A stretch of 64,000 bases of DNA, taken from Cenococcum geophilum (taxonomy: Eukaryota). This document shows positions 1 through 11,837 of this stretch, one piece after another. The position numbers and the translations under genes are program-made. How positions within the stretch are numbered: the first letter of the stretch is position 1; each line of letters starts with the position of its first letter. The stretch is taken from positions 2,356,001 to 2,420,000 of the forward strand of contig CP158636.1 of the NCBI GenBank assembly GCA_050273025.1, in the 5' to 3' direction. The notes beneath the pieces are model-generated. The model was not told where the DNA came from, did not search any database, and saw only the letters and a list, made by a program, of their open reading frames with translations.

Positions 1-2961
1 TTAACGCTAAATATACGCGTCTTATTAGTCTCTAAAGTCTCTAACTTCCTTATTTAATTTATTATAGGGTTCCGTATTTAATCCGAAGCTAAGAAGCTTA
101 AGGCCTCTTTTATTACAGCTTATAATAAACTCCATTATTCCTTTAAAGAGTTTACTCGTCTCCTAGAAGCCTAGCGTTGTATGTTTAAGCTTTATTAGAC
201 TATATTTGCTTAGTTAATCCGTCTTAAAAAGGTTTATAAGAAGGTGCGCTTTAAAGAGTACCGCTTAGTTAAGTAAGGTCTCCATAAGCTTAAGGCTAAG
301 GAGGCTAAAAAGAATTCTAATTAAGTTAAGGCGGAAATAACTAATACACTAGCGGCAGATCCCTTAAATAATCCGGCTCGTCTATTGCCTTTAACTAATC
401 CTTTTATCTTTAGCTTCTTCTTAATATTGCCTAATCTGTTTTCTTTTAATACTCCTATACCTTTCCTATAGCGTTTTTTTAAATTCTATAGTAGTTTCTA
501 AGTAGTCTTATTATAGCCTATCTACTTTACTTTATACTATATTTTATTATTAATATTCTTATAACTAATAATCCTTAAAACTTACTATTTGTTTTCTTCT
601 TATCCTCTATACGTATCTGCTTTATAAATTAATGGCTCTATATTCCTATATACTGGCTCTAGCATTATAATATGCTATATAAGGTAGATCTTTATCTTAG
701 CTAGTAGGTTTAACTTAAATATAACCGGTAAAATCCTTTATATAATTTTAAAAGGTCCTAGTCTAATATAGTCTAACTTCTTACTTAGTTGTTAACTCTT
801 AAAATTTTTATATAGTAGCCATACTTTGTCCCCCTCCTTAAGATCTAGTCCCTTAGATCTCTTAGCATTATAGTACCTTTTTATCCTTTTTATACCTTTT
901 TTGTTAATTCTATAAGGTCTATATAAAGATTTATTAATGCCTTTATTCTTTCTTTAGCTGTACTACTTATTTTCTTCGCTTATTGTAGTAATAATAATAT
1001 TCTTAGCTTATATCCGTAATTTGCCTTAAATAGTAATATACCTATTCCTTTTTAAGGTGTTATATTATATATAAACTGTATAACTAGTAATAATAATACC
1101 TAATTATTCTATGCATAATTAATATAATACCTTAGATACTATTATGGTGTCTAATTTAATCTTTCCGTTTATCTATCTATTTGCGGATAGTATACTATTA
1201 ATATTACTGCGCGAACTCCTTATTCCGCTAAGAATACTTCCTAGAATGCTGCTACGAATCTTAGATCTCTATCTAATATAATTTTACTTAGTACTCTATA
1301 TTTTATAAACACTTCTTTAGTATAGATTCTAGTGACATCTTTTACTAAGATTTCTTCTGTATATGCTATAAAGTAGCCCTATTTAGTTAACTTGTCTACT
1401 ATTACTAGGATTACGTTATGCTCTTATCTGGTAATAGGATTTTTTAACTTTAGTAACTTAATAATAAAGTCCCATAATCTATTCACTTGCTCGCAGAGGT
1501 AGAGATATATTCTAAATAGTGTATTGTATTGGGGGGGTAGGCCCGAGGAGAGGGTAATCATCTCAGCCTGCTGTATTGCATAGTAGGTTCCCTACTATCT
1601 TAAGCAGTAGTAGATGATTACATACTCATTGCCCCCCTCGGGCCTACCGCAAGCCTAAGAGGCTGCAAAATCTATTTATAGGGTGAAGGGTAGGAAAGCG
1701 AAAAGCCGAAAGGCTAATTGTGATAGATATTAATGTTGCTATTCGAAGGGAAGGCATAACTTTGCTTTAAATAGACATTTTTATCTATTTACTTGCTCGC
1801 AGAGATAGAGATATATTCTAAATAGTGTATTATATTAGGGGGTGTAGGCCTAAGGAGAGGGTAATTATCTTAGCCTGCTATATTGCATAGTAGGTTCCCT
1901 ACTATCTTAAGCAGTAGTAGATAATTATATACTTATTGCCCTAAATAACGCGTACCGTTAGAAGCTAGCGGTATAAGGCCTACCCTATAACTAATATAGA
2001 AGTAGGAATATATCTTGTCTTTTTTACGCCTGTAGGGTATTATTAAAAGACCGTTTAGGTAACCCAGAACCTAGGTAATATTAAAGGCTATTAATAACAA
2101 ACCTAGCGGTATAAGGCCTACGCCTAATAACTAATATAGGAGTAAAAATATATGTCGTCTCTTTACGCCCATAGAGTATCATTAAAAACCGTTTAGTTAG
2201 GTAATATTAAAGGCTATTAACGACGACAACGACGTAGTAAGGAGGAAGCTGGAAAGCGTTAATTTAAAACCTATTAAAAAAACCCTGTGGGAAAAATTGT
2301 TAGGAAAGACTACTTATTAACAGCTGTTATGGAAAAACGCAACGCGAAACTTTGCGATCCTCTAAGGGGTAAGACGTTTTATCGCGACGATAACACAACG
2401 CCGTACGGCATAGCATTATTAAGGCTATAAGACGAATAAATAACAAAATCTCTATTAAATAAGCCTTATTTTAAAGCGAAAAGCCAAAAGGCTAATTGTG
2501 ATAGATATTGATGTTGCTGTTGCTGTTCGGAGGGAAGGCGTGACTTCGCTTTGAATAGACATTTTTATATAACCTCCTATAATCTCTTTAGTATTTTAAT
2601 AGGTTATAGCCCTCTATATAGCTTATACCTTATTAGTTTATTCCTTTAGTAATCTAGACACTCTTTTATTACTTTTCTGGCTATGCCTTAGATTCCATCA
2701 ATAGTGTATTCTTCCTAAAGTCTTAATACTAAGCCTATTACTCCATTGTGTCCTTAAGTTATTTCCTTATAGAAATCTTCCACAAAATGCTTTACTATGC
2801 TTTTTAGGATATACTTCGCTTTTTAATTCTCGTATATATTTATTTATAGATCTTTTAGCTATACTTTTAAAATTCTTTATACCTAAAAGCTCTTTAGTGT
2901 CTTATAGACTCTTTCTAGTTCTTTATCCTCTTAAATTACTACTAGCTTAGGGTGATTATAT
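1..2961 (-). mobile_element. Partial Ty3/Gypsy chromovirus copy A (integrase/chromodomain region and 3' antisense ORF), same family as 11838-19810 and 20634-28584
   Basis: Colinear with ~12590-14440, e.g. 'aaagtcccataat|ataacctcc'. Interrupted by an insertion at 1479-2568 and truncated at 2961 by an LTR. Confidence 0.9.
1479..2568 (-). mobile_element. Small non-autonomous element with split direct repeats (tyrosine-recombinase retrotransposon-like, or rolling-circle tandem)
   Basis: Clean insertion relative to the empty site at ~14043-14060, with no TSD beyond an ambiguous AT. Repeats 1479-1634 = 1785-1941 and 1695-1784 = 2473-2568. Internal ~139 bp tandem duplication at 1964-2222. Confidence 0.7.
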
Positions 2962-3365
2962 TATAAGGTAAGGATATAGATAGGGAGTCTAATAATAGAA
3001 TAATAGGTATATTATATAGACAGAGACGAATCCTTAAGGGAAAAGGAGAAGTCTATATGCAAGGTAGGAAGGGTTTTCCCTAGGTATATATAGCGCACGT
3101 ACCTTACGGGTAAGTTACCCCTAGGTTACCCCAGGGTCGCCTATACCTTGCGGCTATATAACTATCTACTTAGGTTTTACCTAATAATGCTCCCCCCTTT
3201 AAAAAGGGTTGTCCCCGATCCTTTATATACTTAAGCCTTAATAAAACCCCATAAAAAACCTTAGTAAGGAAAAAATTTAAAGGGGAAAGAGCGTCTTAAT
3301 TTTGCGTATAGAGAGATAGGTAGTATATATACGTGGCGCGAAGATATTAAGGAACTTTAACCAGC
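2962..3365 (-). mobile_element. LTR (2962-3186), polypurine tract and 3' UTR of the chromovirus D family, inverted
   Basis: Reverse complement of 28633-29036. The PPT reads 'aaaggggggagcat' on the minus strand next to the LTR. Termini are RIP-altered (TA...TA). Confidence 0.85.
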
Positions 3366-6020
3366 AATCTCTTGTAAAGTGCCAACGAAGTATTAATAGA
3401 CGTTATATTTATAACCTTTTATTAGTGCTCCGTAGCGTATATATAGTGCTATTAAAGCTTAGGTTAGAGCCCTAGAGCTTTATTATTAATTCTTAGGTTA
3501 ATTTTAATTGGTTTAATACATTATATAATAAGGATTTTCTTTTAAAAGGTAAATAAGCTGCTAGTAAATATGTAAAGAGTTAGAGCCGTAAAAGAAACGC
3601 ATAATTATAAATATAGATTTTAATAATAGCAAGATATATAATATCTGCGATAAATGCAATAATAGTAATAATATCTATTTTATAGCTATAAGCTGGCATA
3701 TTACTACAATATATATAATATTGCGCTCTTTTAGCCCTAGTTAAGAAGTTACTACCTAATATTAGCGGTACTACTTAACAGTATTTTAACCGGTAGATTG
3801 CCGCAGTTAAGAACCAATTTAAGGTTAATAACGCTAACTATAACTATAAGCAACGCACGCGCTAGGCCATTAAAGGTCTTATAAAAAAGAAGACAATTGC
3901 CTAATTAGTTTATCGCCGGTTAGGCACTAAGGATAAGAGTCCTTTACTATATAATAAATTTAAGACTATAGTCTAAGACTAGATTAGGAACCCTATAGTA
4001 AGACGCTTTAATAACGCTATAATATACTATACGGCTATTATAAAGGAGAACTAGAGGTTTAATGTCTTCCTAGCCCGTATATATAGCTTAGAGGACCTCT
4101 TCTTATATACCCCTTTTATTAATCCTAAATAACAGGTAGCCTTTTAGTTCTTATATCTCCCAGCTTACCTATAAGTAGAGCTCTTCTGCTAGAACTTTAC
4201 CTAATAGGTAAGAACTGCTAAAGACCTCTTTAACGAAATCCACTATATAGAGCAATTGCTCGATACTATAAAGCTCGCGGAAGATCGCGTAAGTAGCAGC
4301 GGTAAATCATTACGTACGAAGCGCGGTCGCAGTATAGGCTCTGTAAACTTAGGCTTAGGGAATAGAACCTAAAAAGGGCAACGCTTTTCTAAGTAAACTC
4401 CTAGGGAGACTACCTAAAAGCTAGATAGCTTAGGGGACCCCCCAGACACCAGTGCTACGCAGGTAAGTTAAAGGACCGTAGGCGGCCACTATAAGGAACA
4501 CTAGAAGCAGGTTAAAGAGAAGTTAGCTTAGCCTTTAGAAAACCTAAAGCCCTAGTAGTATATCTCTTTTAACTACAACTAGGGCCTAATATAGAGGGAG
4601 AGAAGAAACGCATTGTGGTATATGTTGCGATAGATATACCCTAAGGCGAAGTCCACCTATATACTTTATATAATAATAGGTGCCAAATTAACCTTATTAA
4701 TTAAGATATCGTCTATAGGTTTAACCAACCTATATACTACGCGCTATATTTACATAAACCTATTATACGTTTCCTTAATAGCAACTAAATAACAATCTGG
4801 GATGCTTATAATCTAATAGTTACCACTAGCGACTCCTAGGGTACCTCTCGTACTATCAGCCCGCAGACCTTTTAGGGCGGCTTATTTAATAGTTATAATA
4901 TAGTTCTTAAATAGGATTAGCTCGCAGAAGCAGATCTATTAATTAGCTTCTATTCTAGACAGTTTATCTAAGGTACTTTAAACCCTAGACGCCTTTAGAT
5001 AGTCACCCTTAACGCTCTCCTAGTAGACATTAAGGCTAGCGAAATAGTCTATTCGCTATAGCTAGAAAACTCCTTTTCTACGCCGGTTATAAATATAATA
5101 GAGGACCTGTTATTACTGGTAGTAAGTACCTATATAAACCCTCTGGATATAAAGATACCGGTTATTAATATAGTAGAGGACCTGCCGTTACTAGTAGCGA
5201 GTACCCGTAGAGACCCTCCGGTACTAGTATAGATCACTTATATATAAAGGGGAGGTAATTAAAACCCTAAAACTATTAAGTATACTACAATAGAGCTATA
5301 TATACTCTTAGTGTAAGTATACCTACAAAACGTATATTAGCTATACCCTTCTCTTTACTAGCTCCTAAAAGCATACTACTATATAATAGTTACTTTAACC
5401 TCTATAGCCCCCGGCCTACTAGATATATATAAGGAGGAAATTAATATCTTCTCTAATAAGCTAGTAAGTATACTACCGCAGAACTCTAAGTACGACTATA
5501 TAATTAACTTAGAAGAAGGCAAGACGCCACTATAAATGCCCCTCTATAACCTCTTATAGAAAGAGTTATAGATCTTATAAAAGTACCTAGACAGTGCTTT
5601 TAAAAAGGGCTAAATTAGGCCTAGTAAGTCGCCTACTAAAGCGCCCATCCTCTTTATGCTAAAAGTAGACAGTATAATACGTTAACTATAGACGCCTAAA
5701 TAAGATTACGATTAAAAATCGGTACCCCCTACCGCTGGTCAGCGAGCTCTTTAATAGGCTTAGCTATATAAAGATATTTATAAAGCTAAATCTTCGTAAT
5801 ACGTACTATAAAATTCGCATTAAAAAGGGAGACGAATGGAAGACCGCATTTAAGACACGCTACGGTCACTTTAAGTACTTAGTAATGCCCTTTAGTCTTA
5901 CTAACGCCCCTATAACTTTCTAAAGCTATATTTATAAAGCTCTAGGAACCCTAGTAAATACTATCTATATAGTTTACCTAGATAATATTCTTATTTACTT
6001 AAATAACGAGGATACGTCAG

Positions 6021-6243
6021 GAAAAAATTTACTAGCATCTAATTTTACTTTTCTGCCATTTTAGCATTTTCTAGCATTTCTAGCATTTTCTAGCATTTAG
6101 CAGCTAAATGCGGCATTTATTACTAAGTACTAGCATTTAGCGCCAAATGCCGCATTTATAATTAAGTATTAGCATTTAGCTGCTAAATGCTAGAAAATGC
6201 TAAAATGGCAGAAAAGTAAAATTAGATGCTAGTAATTTTTTTC
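6021..6243. repeat. Internal MITE-like long inverted repeat
   Basis: The arm at ~6021-6060 ('gaaaaaatttactagcatctaattttacttttctgccattttagcattttctagcattt') is the reverse complement of 6186-6243. Confidence 0.85.
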
Positions 6244-6249
6244 TAAAGT

Positions 6250-6918
6250 TCTACATAAAGTTCGAGGTTCTGCATAAAGTTCCGCACGAAGCTCTGCGCG
6301 AAGCTCTACACAAAGCTCTACACGAAGTTCTACACGAAGCTCTGCGCGAAGCTCTACACAAAGCTCTGCACAAAGTTCTACACGAAGCTCTACACGAAGT
6401 TCTACACGAAGCTCTACACGAAGTTCTGCACGAAGCTCTGCACAAAGCTCTACACGAGGCTCTACACGAAGCTCTACACGAGGCTCTGCACGAAGCTCTA
6501 CACGAGGCTCTGCACGAAGCTCTACACGAGGCTCTGCACGAAGCTCTACACGAGGCTCTGCACGAAGCTCTACACAAGGCTCTGCACGAAGTTCTACACA
6601 AGGCTCTGCACGAAGTTCTACACAAGGCTCTGCACGAAGTTCTACACGAGGCTCTGCACGAAGTTCTACACGAGGCTCTGCACGAAGTTCTACACGAGGC
6701 TCTGCACGAAGTTCTACACAAAGCTCTGCACGAAGCTCTACACGAAGCTCTGCACGAAGCTCTGCACGAAGCTCTTATACAAAGCTCTACACGAGGCTCT
6801 ACACAAGGCTCTACATAAAGCTCTGCGTACAGAGGCTCTGCACAAGGCTCTGCGCGAAGCTCTGCGTACGGAGGCTTTACACGAAGCTCTGCGTACGGAG
6901 GCTCTACACAAAGCTCCG
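6250..6918. repeat. 12-bp minisatellite (CACGA[A/G]G[C/T]TCT[A/G])n
   Basis: About 55 tandem 12-mers are directly visible. Confidence 0.95.
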
Positions 6919-7060
6919 CATCGGGTCCCCGCTATATTCCCAATAGCCTCTACACATACCTCTGCTAAGTATACCCCCTATATACACCTAGGTAGCCACC
7001 TTATTTTTTACCCTTCCTTACATCCTCCCTACCTAGGAAGACACCAGAACGACAGCCAGC

Positions 7061-7504
7061 AGACGACCGTCGCCGGAGCTAGACGACCGTCAGAGCCAGA
7101 CGACCGTCGTTAGAGCCAGACGACCGTCGTCAGAGTTAGACGACCGTCGTCAGAGCTGGATAACCGTCGTCAGAGCTAGACGACCGTCGCCGGAGCTAGA
7201 TAACCGTCGCCAGAGCTAAACGATCATCATCAGAGCCAGACGACCGTCGTTAGAGCTAGACGACCGTCGCTAGAGCCAGATAACCGTCGCCAGAGCTAGA
7301 CAACCGTTAGAGCCAAACAACCGTCGTCAGAGCTAGACGACCGTCGCCGGAGCCAGATAACCGTCACTAGAGCTAGACGACCGTCAGAGCCAGACGACCG
7401 TCGTTAGAGCTAGACAACCATCGCCGAAGCCAGATAACCGTCGCCAGAGCTAGACAACCGTCGTTATTGCCACACGACCGTCGCCAGAGCCACACGACAA
7501 CCGT
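7061..7504. repeat. 20-bp minisatellite (AGACGACCGTCGCCAGAGC[C/T])n
   Basis: About 22 tandem units, with occasional 17-bp variants. Confidence 0.95.
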
Positions 7505-7559
7505 TTAAATAACCAGCTAGCGAACACAATAAACGATTTAATCGATCGAATTAAGGTGA

Positions 7560-7720
7560 TATAGATAGGTAGGCACAGACAGGTAGGCACAGATAGGTAG
7601 GTATAGATGGGTAGGTATAGACAGACAGATAGATAGACAGATAGATAGGTAGGTAGGCAGGTAGGTAGGCAGGCAGGCAGGCAGGCAGGTAGGTTAGTAG
7701 GTAGGCAGGTAGGTAGGTAG
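7560..7720. repeat. Compound tetranucleotide microsatellite (AGGT/AGGC/AGAT/AGAC)
   Basis: Directly visible. Confidence 0.9.
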
Positions 7721-7824
7721 AAGAGAACCGTCGCTATATTATATTAAATTATCTAAAACAATACAATTTATTTTGCACTAACTGCGTAAAAAGAGCAATA
7801 TTTATTGCTTAAAGTAAGTAAGAT

Positions 7825-7936
7825 ATATAAAATGCGCGAGGAGGGCATTATATATAGAATGTGTGAGAAGGGCATTATGTACAGAATGTGTAAGAAGGGC
7901 ATTATATACAGAATACGCGAGGAGGGCATTATATAT
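7825..7936. repeat. 27-bp tandem repeat (about 4 copies)
   Basis: 'gag(g/a)agggcattat(a/g)ta(c/t)agaat' recurs with a 27-bp period. Confidence 0.85.
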
Positions 7937-8091
7937 TAATTGCGCATTAAGTGCAAAATGCGTAGTTAGCTGCACTATCCCTTGCATGGATGGGGTGCTA
8001 TAAAATGTGGCCCGTGCACGCGATCAAGAACATTAATTCTTTCGCGTTAAGATGTAAATAGATAACTTTATCAATCAAATACGCCACTAAG

Positions 8092-8520
8092 ATGGTGCGT
8101 AACTATACATCCAATGATATAGACCTTATGCAGCCTATCTAATATCCTATTTCTAAAAATTGGATTATAAAAAAGCCTCCACCAGAGCCTAAACCACTGC
8201 CTCCTTTTAAACCTCTCCCAATATTTAATGAAAACGAATATGGCTAGCTAAAGCTTCTAGAAAATATCGACAATAAGGATCCTACGCAGCTTTTTAGGCT
8301 ATTTTGGACGGACGAATTGCTTAACTAGCTTATAGAGTATATAAACAAAAATGCAGAACTACACCTAGCTCCAGAGGATAAGGAATTTTTATGCGGATAA
8401 AGGCCTACATTAAGGCAGGAGCTATATGCATATTTGGCGATGCTAATTTATATAGGCTTGCATATAGAAAGCAGCATTAAGGATTATTGGCGCCCAAACT
8501 TCAATGATGGCTTTATTTAA
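8092..8520 (+). pseudogene. piggyBac-family transposase N-terminal fragment (RIP-damaged, truncated)
   Basis: Translates as DP.QLFRLFWTDELL..L.E..NKNA...PTLRQELYAYLAMLIY.GLHIESSIKDYW, matching the piggyBac (DDE_Tnp_1_7-type) N-terminal pattern. Contains in-frame RIP stops. Confidence 0.75.
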
Positions 8521-8624
8521 GAACTTTGGTGATACGGCAGAATGACTTACCGCCCGTATATGCACCTTATTGATTGGTGCGCACGGACTACATTTTATAG
8601 AGCGTATCTATCCATGTAAGGGAT

Positions 8625-8812
8625 ACTGTTAAATATAGCAGTATACCGCAGTGTATTGTTAAACACAGCAGTATACCGTAGTGTATTATTAAATACAGCA
8701 GTATACCGCACTGCATTGTTAAATATAGCAGTATACAGCAATATGCCGCACTGCATTGTTAAATGCAGCAGTATGCCGCACTGTATTGTTAAATGTAGCA
8801 GTATACCGCACC
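8625..8812. repeat. ~29-bp tandem repeat (about 6 copies)
   Basis: 'tgttaaatacagcagtataccgca(g/c)tg(t/c)at' is repeated. Confidence 0.9.
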
Positions 8813-10257
8813 TTAGTTAATACTATACGCTATACGTTATAGTGCGCAGAATGCGCATTTGGCCGCCAAATGCTGCCAAATACTGTAAAAATGCTGGTAA
8901 ATTTTTTCCTGACGTAAGCACGTCAAGTATATTAAGTAGGTACTATAACAGCTCTGCGCTTAGGGCCTATACGCCAAACTATTAAAATATATTTTTTATA
9001 CTAAGAACGTTAAGTTCCTAGGCTTTATTATTACCCCTAGGGGTATTATAATAGACCCTAACCGCGTAAAAGCTATTAAAAAATGGCCTAAGCCTAAGTT
9101 CTATAGAGATATTTAGGTCTTTCTTAGCTTTGCTAACTTCTATAGGCGATTTATTTAGAACTACTTAGATACTATATACTCCCTATATACACATCTTATA
9201 TAGGTATATTGCAACCTAATATTAGATAGGGAGAAGAAGAAGAAACATAAGTTAAAAGGGCCTACTAAATAGTATTAACCCTAGTCCTAGCCCAACGACG
9301 CGTAATAGGCGTTTTATAAGCTACGCGCTGCATTTATATAGGCTCCTTTGCTTCGCCACTTTAACCCTAATCTACCCCTAATAGTAATTACTAACGCTTC
9401 TAACTATACCTATAGCGGTATACTTCTATAGCCTTTAGGGTAAAGAGATTAACTCTACTAGTACCTAATCGCCTATTATAGTTAGAAGCTTACTAGCCTA
9501 AAAGTACGGTATAATACGCACAATAAAGAACTACTCGCTATAGTGTAATACTTTAAGACGTGGCGCTATTACCTTAAACACGCCGCGTATATAACGTGCG
9601 TACTCTACAATTACAATAATCTTAGGTACTTTATAACCACTAAGAGCTTATCTACTTACTAGGCCTAGTACGTTAAGGAACTAGCTAAGTTTAATTTTAA
9701 GATTAAATATAAGCTAGGTAAAGCAAATCCCGCTAATATACTATCCTAGCGCCTAGATTATACTAAAGGCTTTAAAGATAGTAGTAAAAAACAATTCTTA
9801 ATGCTATACTACCTATATTATAGCAAAAGTTGCAGGTTATAGGCCTTATAGGCAGCCCTAGTGCTATTATACTAAACCAGTAAGTAGTATACGTGTAGTA
9901 TATAAGCGACCTTTACGAACTTGGCGCCGGCGGACTAGAGCGTCCTACTATTTTCTTTAAGACTACTCTAACTAACCTAATAGCGCCTAACCCTAAGAAA
10001 AACCCCTTAGCCTAGGCTACGGTCCCCTATAATAACCTAGTGAGTTACCTACGTATTATACGTTACTTTACTAGCACTAACTTTACGCAGAGTCTTATGC
10101 TACGGCAAGAAGTAGTAATATCTACTTTAGCTAAAACGGCGTTTATAGAACAACCCCCTAAGTCACTAGTTAATTTTATTCGTAGAGTATAAAAAAGGGA
10201 CGCCTTTATACGCTCTATATATAATTAGTTAACCTAAAAATAAGTTCCTACTAGTAA

Positions 10258-10571
10258 TGTTAGCGACTTAGTCAATCGAGACATAAGTACGGCAAAAGGG
10301 TCGCGCAAGCCTGTACGATTGGATTGTCTATAAACGAGAATCTAAAGCTAGGGAAAGGAAAAGAGAAGAAGAGCAGCGCCGTTCAGTGTTTTATAAGATC
10401 TTCGCGTCACGTAATCGTAATATACGGCAATCTGTAGCAACTTGCCAGTGCGAAGTTCCGCCAAGTTCTGCCAAGTTCTGCCAGTTCTACCAGTTCTGCC
10501 AAGTTCTACCAGTTCTGCTAGTTCTGCTAAGTTCTACTAGTTCTACCAGTTCTGCTAGTTCTGCCGTAACA
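10258..10571 (-). mobile_element. Solo LTR (314 bp)
   Basis: TGTTA...TAACA termini. TSD agtaa/ggtaa differs by one RIP-type change. TATA plus pyrimidine tract on the minus strand. Internal 9-10 bp 'ccaagttctg' repeats. Confidence 0.85.
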
Positions 10572-11837
10572 GGTAATAAGGACTACACCCTTAATAATTA
10601 AGGACTCCTAAGGCAAAATAATAAGGTCTAGGTGCTAAATTATACACTATTATAATAGGAGATCCTTAAGTAGAATTATAATAATCCTATAGGCGGCCAC
10701 TATAGTTTTAACTATACTTTTAAGGTAATTATGTAAAAGTACGCTTAGAACGGCCTTACCTAGGACCTCTGTAAATACCTAGATAATTATAATACCTACT
10801 AATACTCTAAATCGCGCCGCTATAAACCCTATAGTAAGCTATAGCCTCTCTAAGCCCCCACCCAAGCCTAGCGGTATTATTTACTTAACTTTATTACGGA
10901 TCTCCTAGAGTCTAAGACTCCTAATAGCGTAGAGTATAGCTCCGTCCTTGTCCTTATAGACTATTTTATAAAGCTAGTGCGTTACTATCTAGTATATAAG
11001 ATAATTAATGCTATATAACTCGTAGAACTCTTATTTAGAGTTTTTATATAAATGGACCTCTAGATAATATTATCTCTAATAAAGGTAGTATATTTACAAG
11101 CGAGTACTAGAGCACTATATACTACTATCTCTACGTTTAACGTAAACTTAGTACCGCATTCTACCTATAGATAGATAATTAGACGGAGCGTTAGAACTAG
11201 GAGCTTAAGGTATACCTATATATATTTACAAACTAAGAATAGTCTAATTAGGCCTCCCTACTTAAAGAAGTAGCCTTCGCCTATAACTTTAAGGTCTATA
11301 CTATAATAAAGCGTTCCCCTATTAAGCTTACCTATAGCTAGCTATTAAATGTTCTAGATAGAGTCCTAGATAGTATCTAAGACGCCTAGTAAGGTAGGGA
11401 GGGGTTTAAGTTAACAAATATCTAACTTATAGAGATATATCTATAACGCCTACGCCTTATATATAAGGCAGCGGCGGCGTCAATAATGTATACCTAAAAG
11501 CTTTAGGCAAAATACTACAATCGTCACCATTTAGCTAAGTATTTCGCTGTCGGTAAACAAGTCCTACTCTCCTCTAAGAATATCTATACAAAACGTCCTT
11601 ATAAAAAGCTTAACTATAAGTTTATAGGACCGTTTTAGATTCTAGAGCGCGTAGGGTAGTAAGTATATAAGCTAGAGCTTCTACCTACTATAGTACGGCT
11701 CTACCTAGTTTTCTATATCTCCCTACTAGAGCCTTATAGGTCACGCCTTAGGTTTTAACCCCTGGTAATAAAAGAGCTTAAGGAAGGTAGCTAGGAAGTA
11801 GAAGTAATTATTACCTACTAGAATTATGCTAGATAAC

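Larger units (their letters stand above)
6015..8914. mobile_element. Composite non-autonomous DNA element with 24-bp TIRs and TA target duplication (Tc1/mariner-type ends)
   Basis: TIR cgtcaggaaaaaatttac(t/c)agcat at both ends. TA at 6013-6014 and 8915-8916. Removing it rejoins the RT of element D. Confidence 0.88.

Noticed and set aside
2120..2165. Possible RIP-mutated hammerhead ribozyme (ctaataa as CUGAUGA)
   Set aside because: Stem I cannot form, and the tandem sister copy lacks the core.
6251..6721. Cys-rich 156-aa ORF (CRAS/CRTS repeats)
   Set aside because: It is the translation of a 12-bp minisatellite with a non-ATG start; not a metallothionein or keratin-like gene.
7061..7504. CRISPR-like appearance of the 20-bp repeats
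   Set aside because: Units are contiguous with no unique spacers, there are no cas genes, and the context is eukaryotic.
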